From: Candidatus Spongiisociaceae bacterium
GTDB lineage: Bacteria > Actinomycetota > Acidimicrobiia > Spongiisociales > Spongiisociaceae
Assembly: GCA_965202665.1 (NCBI GenBank)
Contig: OZ241841.1
Coordinates: 832,001-896,000, forward strand
DNA length: 64,000 bases
Direction: 5' to 3'
Part shown: positions 50,801-59,079 of the stretch, piece by piece
Position numbering within the stretch: the first letter of the stretch is position 1
Layout: every line of letters starts with the position of its first letter
Notes under the pieces: generated by a model
What the model was told of the DNA's origin: nothing
Databases searched by the model: none
Seen by the model: only the letters and a program-made list of their open reading frames with translations
Made by a program: the position numbers and the translations under genes

Positions 50801-52783
50801 CAACGACCACCGCCAGGCATCGTCCTCCAAATCCAGATGGGCGATGTTGATCCACTCCCAACCTTCCTCCGACCACAGCACCGAATCGATCAGCTTGCCC
50901 TGGGCGCGAGCGGCGCTTCCCAGACGACGCACCTCGTCTTCCAAACGATGGCGCTGATACCTGCCTCGGGGCTCTTCGGGAACGGTAACTTCGTTGAAGG
51001 CCTCCGTCATCCCTCGCAGGGCGTCCCGTAACTTTTTGCCCGCCTCCGTAACCGCCCGATAGTGGGGATTTTTGGTGTCCGAACCGCGCCGGATGCGGTA
51101 GGAAACCCCGAACCGCTCGGCTTCCTCCCGGCCCCGTCCGGTGCGGCTGCGCACATATTCCGCCAGCGGGGACTCCAAATCGGGCAGGGCCGCCGCCGCC
51201 TGCTGGGCGGCTTCCCGCAAAGCCGGCAAAGAAGGATCGGCGGCGGCTATTCCGGCTTCGGACAGTCGTTGAATAATTCCCCGCCGGCCGAGCACTGCTT
51301 CGCACAGCAAATGAACATCCCGCCCGGTCACCTGTTCGGTGAGGGCGGAGGTGACCGAATCCTCCATGTTGTGGGCCTCGTCCACTATCAGGCCCCGGAC
51401 TGGTTCCATCGCCTTGCTCATTATCACCAAGGCGTGGTTGACCACCGCCACATGGGAGGTGGCCACCCGGTCGCAGGCCCTTTGGTAGAAATCCAATCGG
51501 CCCAGTTGCGACGACTGATCCGCTTGTTCTTCGGTTCGCAACTTCCAGCGGAGGATTTCCCATTCGGGAACCGTTCCTTCGATGGCGAAAGCGCGCAGAT
51601 CCTCCCAGTCGCCCGTGGGGGTTTCCGCCGCCCAGCCGGCCAGCAAAGCCAAGACCAGGGCCGACCCGGGTTCGAACCCGCCGGCGTCCAATTCGGCGGC
51701 CAGGGATTCCAGGCTCAGGTAGTTGTTCATGCCTTTCAGAACCACCCAGCGGAAAGGTTCCAACCGCTCCTCCAGTTCCAGCAAGGTGGCCATTATCTGG
51801 TCTTGCAGGAGGCGGGTGTGGGGGGCCACCGCCACCGGGGTTCCGGCGGCCCGGGCGTATTCAACGGCCGGGACCAGATAGGCCAGGGTTTTGCCGGTGC
51901 CGGTGGGGGCCTCCGCCAGCAACCTTTGTTTATCGGCCAAAGCATCGGCTACTTGTTGCGCCATCTGCCGCTGTTGCGGACGGGGACGGCGCCCGTCGGT
52001 CATCAACCGGCCTCCTTCTTCAAAGTAGGACAGCACCGCGGGGATGTCATACTTCCCGCTGGGATGCAACGGGGCGGCGGAGGATGGTTCTTCCAGGATT
52101 TCCGCCAGCGGCGGAGGGGCGGCCACCGGTTCCAAAAACTTCGCCCAGGGGTGGCCGCCGGCACCCAGAATCCACCGTTGCAGGCGACGGGCCGGGTTGT
52201 CCTCGTTCAGAATCTGGAGGAGGCGCACCATGATCTGTTGCGTCAGCCGGGCGTCTTCCACGGCTTGGTGCCGCTCCCGTTCTTCGGCGATGGCGAAGTG
52301 CCGGAGCAGATGGTCAATGCCCCGCCCGGGCGGTGGGGCCTCGCCCCGTACGCCGCGGAGGGCGTTGCGTCCCGCCCGCGGGAAAACCAGGTGGGCCAAC
52401 TGCAGGGTGTCCAGCCGCTCCCCCGCCGGAACGGGCAGGCCGGCCTCCCGCAGGGCCATGTCCAATATCGGGAAATCAAAATCGAACCCGTTGTGGGCTA
52501 TCAAAGGCAGGCCCCCCGCCCACTCCAGAAACTCCCGCATCACCTCATCCAAAGGAGGGGCCTCCCGGACATCCTCGTCGACCAGCCCGGTTAACTCGCT
52601 CACCTCCGGGGAGATGCCCGTCTCGCACCGCACCAGCTTGCTGAAACCTTCCCCATCGGCGAGCCGGGGGCCCTGGCCGATGACCGCTCCCACCTGGATG
52701 ATCCGGTTCTTCTCCGGACTTACCCGGACGTGGGTGGTCTCCAAATCGAAGACCACATATTTGTCTCCATTCGTGAAAACCAT
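47819..52783 (-). CDS. DEDDh exonuclease-DinG helicase-RecQ helicase fusion
   Basis: FDLETT/HNGFDFD/HQAVEDA; APTGTGKT/VDEAH/SATL/FWEGVD/QGVGRLIR; LPTGSGKS/DEAHCISQWGH/AFGMGIDK/QETGRAAR/C...CGGCDAC. Confidence 0.92.
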   Translation of the reverse strand: MVFTNGDKYVVFDLETTHVRVSPEKNRIIQVGAVIGQGPRLADGEGFSKLVRCETGISPEVSELTGLVDEDVREAPPLDEVMREFLEWAGGLPLIAHNGFDFDFPILDMALREAGLPVPAGERLDTLQLAHLVFPRAGRNALRGVRGEAPPPGRGIDHLLRHFAIAEERERHQAVEDARLTQQIMVRLLQILNEDNPARRLQRWILGAGGHPWAKFLEPVAAPPPLAEILEEPSSAAPLHPSGKYDIPAVLSYFEEGGRLMTDGRRPRPQQRQMAQQVADALADKQRLLAEAPTGTGKTLAYLVPAVEYARAAGTPVAVAPHTRLLQDQIMATLLELEERLEPFRWVVLKGMNNYLSLESLAAELDAGGFEPGSALVLALLAGWAAETPTGDWEDLRAFAIEGTVPEWEILRWKLRTEEQADQSSQLGRLDFYQRACDRVATSHVAVVNHALVIMSKAMEPVRGLIVDEAHNMEDSVTSALTEQVTGRDVHLLCEAVLGRRGIIQRLSEAGIAAADPSLPALREAAQQAAAALPDLESPLAEYVRSRTGRGREEAERFGVSYRIRRGSDTKNPHYRAVTEAGKKLRDALRGMTEAFNEVTVPEEPRGRYQRHRLEDEVRRLGSAARAQGKLIDSVLWSEEGWEWINIAHLDLEDDAWRWSLRRAPISISGQLGELWEKLDSVCLTSATLQVGGDFSYLLDVLGLGTARREVVPTPFEQLPENHLLLLTDYLPAPRGSLLELFEQAEAEEIPRLFTLTGGRSMALFTARARLESVRDHARPPLQALGIPLLAQGEGPAAQLMEEMRNQIPACLLGVRSFWEGVDIPGESLSLLLIEKVPFDSPADPVAGARMEQMELKDKDPFTHYMVPRAGLRFAQGVGRLIRTETDIGVSAVLDNRLCRPGSYQHLLLKSLVGPPAVKEVSSREEAYQKIAEHLGFEFDDELREKISSITSADPWENQVLQLGLDRRVASGEEPDEKLIVNLLEEARGLIGHEQWRDGQLETMIPFMTGRDAVAVLPTGSGKSLTYQLPALLSPGVTLVISPLIALMRNQIHNLRARGVTAAAGIYSGVPQSEQDDILEEAARGSYKLLYVSPERLWSPNFRSRLAKVEVSRVAVDEAHCISQWGHAFRPEYSLIPKALEEICGKRVPTLAVTATATGRTIGETRDLLGLDDTARQIVQLPDRPEIRYYREKCKDFDDRVVKVAKIVDCFRDQSAIVYVPRQADAANLGAMLRAAGVSARAYHGGMTGEERNYVEDAFIHDEIDVVVATKAFGMGIDKPNIALIVHLEMPASIEEYVQETGRAARELEKGTAVLLTTPRDCRIHQFFVDNAVPSREDLKKAWARLDLGSNHLDLDDLLRDEKGRSRKEAAQLALHYLGKIGAVRREQDFVLEGRVIADARSRNKVEELQEEKPELAERAGRILKLVESEGGRYSPIWAERLGCSIPQAESDLFELARRNIVAFPTWKYGWTVERLLDAEPDWSQADQLSNERKEIVEQKALQARKFAREKISCLRASLLEYFGSDGSGRCGGCDACTPDLPRPWAKTEVTKERLVESIEPRRVILYLLDWADGRNFSDRNLKNCLSGERGAKLLPNELQAHPLRGRLRLLGAEGVARTFEGMIEEELVDEEPREWNGTEYKTLVLTATGRALI

Positions 52784-52863
52784 TCGGCAACCATAGCCCG
52801 CCGGCCGGGTTTGCCCCATTTGCCGTTCTCTAGTATTCCGGACAACCGGCGAGGGGAAAGACG

Positions 52864-54819
52864 ATGGATGAGCGGGCGGTCGGGCGGACAATCGAATGGC
52901 ATAAGGCGGCGGAGCCGGGGGAGCTGCCCCCGGGACGGGTGAAGACGGCGACCGCCGGGTTGCGCACCATCTGCCTAACCAACTTCGCGGGCGAATACGG
53001 GGCGTTGGACAACCGTTGCCCCCACCAAGGCGGACCGCTGGGCGAAGGCTCCATCGAGGACTGCTGGTTGCGTTGCCCGTGGCACGGCTACGACTATCAC
53101 CCGCTCACCGGCCAACCCCCGGAGGGGTTCAGCGATTCGGTGGCGGCCTACCCGGTGGAGGTGCGCTCCGACGGGATCTACGTGGGCGTGCCTCCCGAAC
53201 CGGAGCAACTTCGCACCGTGTCCGATGTAATGGTGGAAACGATGATCAACTGGGGCGTCGCCCATGTGTTCGGGATGGTGGGCCATTCCAACCTGGGGTT
53301 CGCCGACGCCATGCGCCGGGCGGAGGAACGGGGCGAGTTGACGTTCATCGGAGTCCGCCATGAAGGGGCGGCCTCTTTCGCAGCCTCCGCCTACGGCAAG
53401 TTGACCGGCCGCTTGGCGGCCTGCTTCGGCATCGCCGGGCCGGGGTCCACCAACCTGCTCACCGGCTTGTACGACGCCAAAGCGGACCGGGCCCCGGTGC
53501 TGGCCCTCTCCGGGCAGGTGCCTTCCCGGGTGAGGGGGCGGGGGGCCTTCCAGGATCTGGACCTGGGCGCGGCCTTCGCCGACGTCGCCCGCTACTCGGA
53601 AACGGCCCTGCCCGATTCCGACCACGCCGAACTGACCTCCCTGGCCTGCAAAACCGCCCTGTTGGAACGGGATGCGGCCCATCTCATCCTGCCCGATGAA
53701 GTCCAGTACCAACCGGCCCCCGGCATTCCCGCCGGAGGACCCGGCGGACGCATGGGCTCGCGGAAAATCCGCCCGCCCGACGAGTCGTTGCAGCAGGCGC
53801 TGGACCTGCTGGGCCGCTCCCGCCGGCCGGTGATCGCGGTGGGGGCGGGAGCCCGGTTCGCCATGGAAGAGATCATCCGCCTGGCGGAACGGCTGGGCTC
53901 CCCGGTGCTGACCACTTTCAAAGCCAAAGGCTTCATCTCCGACCGTCATCCGCTGGGGGCGGGGGTGCTGGGGCGTTCCGGCACGCCGGTGGCCTCCTGG
54001 CTGATGAACGAGTCGGATGCGGTCCTGGTTTTCGGGGCTTCCTTCTCCAACCACACCGGCATCGCCGATTACAAGCCGATCATCCAGGTGGACGACGACC
54101 CGGCCGCCCTGGGCCGCTTCCATCCGGTGGAGGTCCCGGTGCAGGGGGAGGCGGGGGAGACGGCCCGGTTGTTGTTGGAGCTTTGTCCCAACGCTCTCCG
54201 AACCGCCGACCAACGGGAGGATGTGACCCGGCGGTGGTCTATATGGCGGGCGGAGAAGTCATCCCGGGAGGGCGACCGTTCCCAAGCGGGAATTTCGGCG
54301 GCGGCCATATTCGCGGCGATGACCCGCCGTGTGGATTCCCGGGCGGTGATCTGCGCGGACGTGGGCAACAACACCTATTCTTTCGGACGGTATTTCGAAG
54401 CCGACCGGCAGGATGTTTTGATGTCCGGCTATCTGGGCTCCATCGGTTTCGGCTACCCGGCGGCCATGGGCGCCTGGGCTGCCGCCCCCGACCGGCAGAT
54501 CGTAGCCGTCACCGGCGACGGCGGGTTCGGCCAGTACATGGGCGAGTTGACCACCGCCGTCAAATACGGGATGAACATCACCCACCTGTTGCTCAACAAC
54601 CATTCCTTGGGAAAAATTTCCAAAGAACAGCGGGACGGCCGCTACCAAGTGTGGCAAACCGGTTTGCGCAACCCCGACTTCGCCGCCTACGCCCGGCTGT
54701 GCGGAGCTTTCGGACTGCGGGTAACCGACCCCGCCCGCTTGGACGACGCCTTCGCCCAAGCCTTGGCCCACCCCGGCCCGGCCCTAGTGGAAATAATCCA
54801 AGACCCCCTGCTCATCTAA
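52864..54819 (+). CDS. Rieske-fused thiamine pyrophosphate enzyme (pyruvate oxidase-like)
   Basis: CPHQGG...CPWHG; RHEGAA; GDGGFGQ...NN. Confidence 0.92.
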   Translation: MDERAVGRTIEWHKAAEPGELPPGRVKTATAGLRTICLTNFAGEYGALDNRCPHQGGPLGEGSIEDCWLRCPWHGYDYHPLTGQPPEGFSDSVAAYPVEVRSDGIYVGVPPEPEQLRTVSDVMVETMINWGVAHVFGMVGHSNLGFADAMRRAEERGELTFIGVRHEGAASFAASAYGKLTGRLAACFGIAGPGSTNLLTGLYDAKADRAPVLALSGQVPSRVRGRGAFQDLDLGAAFADVARYSETALPDSDHAELTSLACKTALLERDAAHLILPDEVQYQPAPGIPAGGPGGRMGSRKIRPPDESLQQALDLLGRSRRPVIAVGAGARFAMEEIIRLAERLGSPVLTTFKAKGFISDRHPLGAGVLGRSGTPVASWLMNESDAVLVFGASFSNHTGIADYKPIIQVDDDPAALGRFHPVEVPVQGEAGETARLLLELCPNALRTADQREDVTRRWSIWRAEKSSREGDRSQAGISAAAIFAAMTRRVDSRAVICADVGNNTYSFGRYFEADRQDVLMSGYLGSIGFGYPAAMGAWAAAPDRQIVAVTGDGGFGQYMGELTTAVKYGMNITHLLLNNHSLGKISKEQRDGRYQVWQTGLRNPDFAAYARLCGAFGLRVTDPARLDDAFAQALAHPGPALVEIIQDPLLI

Positions 54820-54832
54820 CATAAGGAAGGAA

Positions 54833-55054
54833 ATGATGTTTGATTGGAGCTCTTGCCCGGAGCTGGAATCCGTCCCCGGCAAAGTGAGCGGCGCTTGGGT
54901 GTTTAAAAACACCCGCGTACCCGTACGCGCACTGTTCGAGAACCTGCGTTCGGCGACTGTTGCTGAGTTTTGCGAGATGTTCCCGCCCGTTACGGTGGAA
55001 CAAGCCCGGCATGTCTTAGATTGCGTGTCGACGCACTTGAAGGATCGGGCCTAA
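54833..55054 (+). CDS. DUF433 family protein (antitoxin-like)
   Basis: PGKVSGAWVFKNTRVPVRALFENL; RBS AAGGAAGG. Confidence 0.85.
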   Translation: MMFDWSSCPELESVPGKVSGAWVFKNTRVPVRALFENLRSATVAEFCEMFPPVTVEQARHVLDCVSTHLKDRA

Positions 55055-55067
55055 AAGCCGGGGGCGG

Positions 55068-56261
55068 TCAGTTGCGGGGGATTTGGGTCCAGGGGACTTC
55101 CTTGTCCACTCTTGGCTCGCCGGGTAGGCCCAGCACCCGTTCGCCGAGGATGTTGCGCATCACCTCCGAGGTTCCGCCCTCGATGGAGTTGGCCCGGGAA
55201 CGCAAGAAGTTCTTCTGCGGATCCCGTTTGCCCAAGGCCGCCTCGTCGGGGCGCACCATCTCGTAGCCGGACGGGTAGCCCAAACCCTCCGCCCCCAGCA
55301 GTCCCAGCGCAAAATTGTGAATATTCTGTTGCAACTCGGCCCACTGCAACTTGCTGGTGGAACCCTCCGGGCCGGGAACCCCCAACTTGGCCGTCTCGGC
55401 CGCCCGAATCCCGGTTAGGCGCAAAGACTCCGCCTCCGCCCACAGCGAGGCCAGTTTGTCCCGCCTCGCCGGGGTGCGCTCGGAGGGCGGCAAAGTCAGC
55501 CACAGGTCCACCGCGTCCCCGATCGCCCCGCCTCCGCGCGGCGTGGGCAAAGTACCGATGGAAACCCGCTCGTGCATCAGGGTGGTGATGGCCACCGACC
55601 AACCCTGCCCCGTCGCGCCCAGCCGGTTGGCGTCCGGCACCCGGGCGTCGGTCATGTACACCTCGTTGAACTCGGCCTCCCCGGTCAGCTGGCGCAACGG
55701 GCGCACCTCCACCCCCTCCTGCTCCATATCAATGATGAAATAAGTCATTCCCCGGTGCTTGGGGACATCCGGGTCGGTGCGGGCCACCAACAGGCCCCAC
55801 TTGGAAGTGTGGGCCAAAGTCGTCCACACTTTCTGCCCGTTCACCACCCACTCATCGCCGTCCCGCACCGCCCGGGTGGCCAAACCGGCCACATCCGACC
55901 CCGCTCCCGGCTCGGAAAACAGCTGGCACCATATTTCCTCGGCGGTGAACAGGGGACGCAGGAAGCGCTGTTGCTGTTCGGAGGTGCCGTGCTCCACCAC
56001 GGTGGGGGCCCCCATGCCGTATCCGATCATGTTGCGGTTCAGGTTGGCGAACGAAACCCCGGCTTTGCTGAGCGACTCGTGCACCCGGTTGCGAAAACTG
56101 CGGTTGACGGCCAGCCCGCCCTTTCCCTCCGGGAAGTCCACCCAGGCCAAACCCAAGTCATACTGCGCCCCCCAAAACTCCATGTCGTCGGTAACCCCGG
56201 GCGGGAACTCGTCCATCAACCGGGTCAGCCGGTCCTCAATCAGTTCGGCGCTCATTGTCAT
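55068..56261 (-). CDS. Acyl-CoA dehydrogenase
   Basis: WCQLFSEPGAGSDVA, GQKVWT, SIEGGTSEVMRN. Confidence 0.95.
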   Translation of the reverse strand: MTMSAELIEDRLTRLMDEFPPGVTDDMEFWGAQYDLGLAWVDFPEGKGGLAVNRSFRNRVHESLSKAGVSFANLNRNMIGYGMGAPTVVEHGTSEQQQRFLRPLFTAEEIWCQLFSEPGAGSDVAGLATRAVRDGDEWVVNGQKVWTTLAHTSKWGLLVARTDPDVPKHRGMTYFIIDMEQEGVEVRPLRQLTGEAEFNEVYMTDARVPDANRLGATGQGWSVAITTLMHERVSIGTLPTPRGGGAIGDAVDLWLTLPPSERTPARRDKLASLWAEAESLRLTGIRAAETAKLGVPGPEGSTSKLQWAELQQNIHNFALGLLGAEGLGYPSGYEMVRPDEAALGKRDPQKNFLRSRANSIEGGTSEVMRNILGERVLGLPGEPRVDKEVPWTQIPRN

Positions 56262-56270
56262 CCTCCCATC

Positions 56271-57176
56271 TTAGCCGGCCAACAGCTTACCCAGCATTTT
56301 CAACTCGTCCGCGGAGCTGTCGGGCACGATGTAGGATCCGATGTCCCGGATCTCCTCCAGATGATCCCGCACCTGCTCGGCGGAGGGAACAGCCCCCGGG
56401 CCGGCGAACCATCCTTGGTTCACCCCGAGGAACACCCGGCCGAACCGCCCGCCCCCCGCCGTCCAAATCTGATGGGTGAACCCGCACTGTTCGGAGGCCA
56501 AAAAGACCGCCAGCGGGGTTACGCAATCGGGGGAAACATGCTCCTGCAACGGCCCCAGCAGGTTTTCGGTCATGCGGGTGGCGGCCACCGGAGCGATGGC
56601 GTTGGCCTTGATCCCGTATTTGGCCCCTTCCACCGCCGTCACGTTCATCAACCCCACCAATCCCATTTTGGCCGCCCCGTAGTTGGCCTGCCCGAAGTTG
56701 CCGAACAGGCCCGAGGCCGACGAGGTGAACACAATCCGTCCGTATCCCCGTTCTTTCATCACTCGAAAAGCGGGCCCGGTCACGTGAAACGCCCCCCGCA
56801 GGTGCACGTCCAGCACCGCATGGGCGTCGTCCGCCTCCAGGTTGGCGAGGCTTTTGTCGCGCAGAATTCCGGCGTTGTTGATGACCGCATCCACCGTCCC
56901 GAAGGCGTCCAGGGCGGTCCGCACTATGCTCTCCCCGCCCTCCGGCGCGGCCACCGAATCATAGGAGGCGACCGCTTCGCCTCCCCCCGCCCGGATTTCC
57001 GCCACCACTTCGTCGGCGGCCCGCGCCGACTCCCCCCCGCCGTCCACCGCCCCGCCCGGATCGTTCACCACCACCCGCGCCCCCCGGCGGGCCAACTCCA
57101 AGGCGTAACCCCGTCCCAGTCCCCGCCCGGCCCCGGTGACCACCGCCGTTCGGTTGTCGAAAACTATGTCGGGCAC
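56271..57176 (-). CDS. SDR, MFE-2-like 3-hydroxyacyl-CoA dehydrogenase
   Basis: TGAGRGLG, VVVND, NNAGILRD, GNFGQANYGAAK. Confidence 0.93.
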   Translation of the reverse strand: MPDIVFDNRTAVVTGAGRGLGRGYALELARRGARVVVNDPGGAVDGGGESARAADEVVAEIRAGGGEAVASYDSVAAPEGGESIVRTALDAFGTVDAVINNAGILRDKSLANLEADDAHAVLDVHLRGAFHVTGPAFRVMKERGYGRIVFTSSASGLFGNFGQANYGAAKMGLVGLMNVTAVEGAKYGIKANAIAPVAATRMTENLLGPLQEHVSPDCVTPLAVFLASEQCGFTHQIWTAGGGRFGRVFLGVNQGWFAGPGAVPSAEQVRDHLEEIRDIGSYIVPDSSADELKMLGKLLAG

Positions 57177-57179
57177 CGG

Positions 57180-59045
57180 CTACCCTTCTTCGTCCGCGGC
57201 GTACATTTCCTCGATCTGCGTTGCGTATTTCTCCAGCACCACCCGTCTTTTAAGTTTCAGGGACGGGGTCAGTTCATCGGTTTCCGCCGACCAAACGTCG
57301 GGGACCACCGCCCAACGTTTGGCCTGCTCCACCCGGGCCGCCTGCTGATTGGCCTCCTCCACCGCCCGGCCGATTTCCGCCAGCAACGCCGGTTCCTTGC
57401 TGAAGCCGGCCATGTCCTGAAAGTCCACCCCGTTGCGGGCCGCCCACGCCGGGGCCGCCTCCTCGTCCAAAGCCACCAGCAAAGTCAGATAGCGGCGGCC
57501 GTCCCCCACCACGCAGGAGTGGGCGATGAGCGGGTTCTGGGCCAGCAAATTCTCCAACCGGGCGGGAGCCACGTTTTTGCCGGCGGCGGTGATGATGATC
57601 TCTTTTTTGCGGCCGATAATGGACAGGAAACCCTCTTCGCCCAAACGTCCCAAGTCGCCGGTGCGCAACCACCCGTCCTCTCCGAACGCGGCCGCGGTGG
57701 CCTCCGGGTCCCGGTAATAGCCTTCGGTCACCAGCCCGCCCCGCATCAGGATTTCATCGTCTTCGGCGATGGCCACCTCCACCCCCGGCATGGCCCGCCC
57801 CACCGAGCCGATCCGGTCCGCCCCGGGGCGGTTGGTCACTCCCGGCCCCGACGATTCGGTCTGTCCGAACAGCTCGTAGACCGGAATCCCGATCCCCCGG
57901 AAGAAAATCAGCAACTCGGGGGCGATGGGGGCGGCCGCTGAAAACGCCAGAATCAACTCGTCCAGCCCCAAGCCGTGCCGAATTTTGCGAAAGACCAGCC
58001 TTTCCGCAAACCACAGTTTGACGCGGTCGGCCGCGGACGGCGACTCCCCCGCCTGCCGGGCCCGTTCCACATTGGAGCCAAGCTCCACCGCCCCCGTCGC
58101 CAGCTGGCGTTTGGCCTTCTTCGGTTCGGCCTGCAGTTTGGCCGACAATCCGGCCTGGAACTTCTCCCACACCCGGGGCACCGCGAAAAAACCCTGCGGG
58201 CGGTGGGCCTGCACCGCGGCCAGCACATTGGCCAAATCCGGTTCGTACCACACCGACCCGGCCCGCCACACGCCGGTGTAATGGCTGGCCATCCGCTCCC
58301 CCAGATGGGCCAACGGCAGATAGGAGACTATGCGCAGATGGTCGGGCAGCTCCGGGAAGGCGCGGGCGATGCATTCGCTGGTCCACAGCACATTGCGATG
58401 GCTGATCATCACCCCCTTCGGGTCGCCGGTAGTGCCCGAGGTGTAAATGAGGGTGGCCAGGTCGCCCGGCCCCGCTTCAGCCGCGGCCCGCTCCACGATT
58501 CCCGGATCGGCGGCCAGCGCCCCCCGCCCCCGGTCCAACAGTCCCTCCCAGGTGAGGTCGCCCTCCCCCGGGGTGAAATCATCCGGCGGGTCCATCACCA
58601 CCACATGCCGCAACTCGGGGATCTCCGACCGCACCTGCGACCATTTCTCGTAATACTCGGCGTTTTCCAAGATGGCGACTTTCGCCCCGCAGTGCCCGGC
58701 GATGTAGGAAACCTGGGAGGGGGCCAACGTGTTGTACATAGACACCGGGACCGCCCCGGCGAAAATGGCCCCCAAATCGGCCATGACGTGCTCCGGACGG
58801 TTGGAGGCCATAATCGCCGCGAAGTCGCCCTTCCCCATCCCCAGCGACAGCAAACCGGCCGCCGCCTCCCGCACCCGGTCCCGGTAAGCGGACCAACTCA
58901 TGGTGCGCACGCCGTCCGGTTCCGTCCATTTCAGGGCGGCCCGGCTGCCGAACCGTTCCGCGTTGCGGTTCATCACGTCCACCAAGGTCATGTCCCCGAT
59001 GGCGGCCGCTATCTCGTTGCGTTCCTGTTCAACCTTGGAATTCAC
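57180..59045 (-). CDS. Long-chain fatty acid-CoA ligase
   Basis: YTSGTTGDPKG, YLPLAH, FGQTES, TGDLG, ELTPSLKLKR. Confidence 0.95.
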   Translation of the reverse strand: MNSKVEQERNEIAAAIGDMTLVDVMNRNAERFGSRAALKWTEPDGVRTMSWSAYRDRVREAAAGLLSLGMGKGDFAAIMASNRPEHVMADLGAIFAGAVPVSMYNTLAPSQVSYIAGHCGAKVAILENAEYYEKWSQVRSEIPELRHVVVMDPPDDFTPGEGDLTWEGLLDRGRGALAADPGIVERAAAEAGPGDLATLIYTSGTTGDPKGVMISHRNVLWTSECIARAFPELPDHLRIVSYLPLAHLGERMASHYTGVWRAGSVWYEPDLANVLAAVQAHRPQGFFAVPRVWEKFQAGLSAKLQAEPKKAKRQLATGAVELGSNVERARQAGESPSAADRVKLWFAERLVFRKIRHGLGLDELILAFSAAAPIAPELLIFFRGIGIPVYELFGQTESSGPGVTNRPGADRIGSVGRAMPGVEVAIAEDDEILMRGGLVTEGYYRDPEATAAAFGEDGWLRTGDLGRLGEEGFLSIIGRKKEIIITAAGKNVAPARLENLLAQNPLIAHSCVVGDGRRYLTLLVALDEEAAPAWAARNGVDFQDMAGFSKEPALLAEIGRAVEEANQQAARVEQAKRWAVVPDVWSAETDELTPSLKLKRRVVLEKYATQIEEMYAADEEG

Positions 59046-59079
59046 TGGCTTTCTCCTCTGCTCTTGGAAGCCGGGGCCC

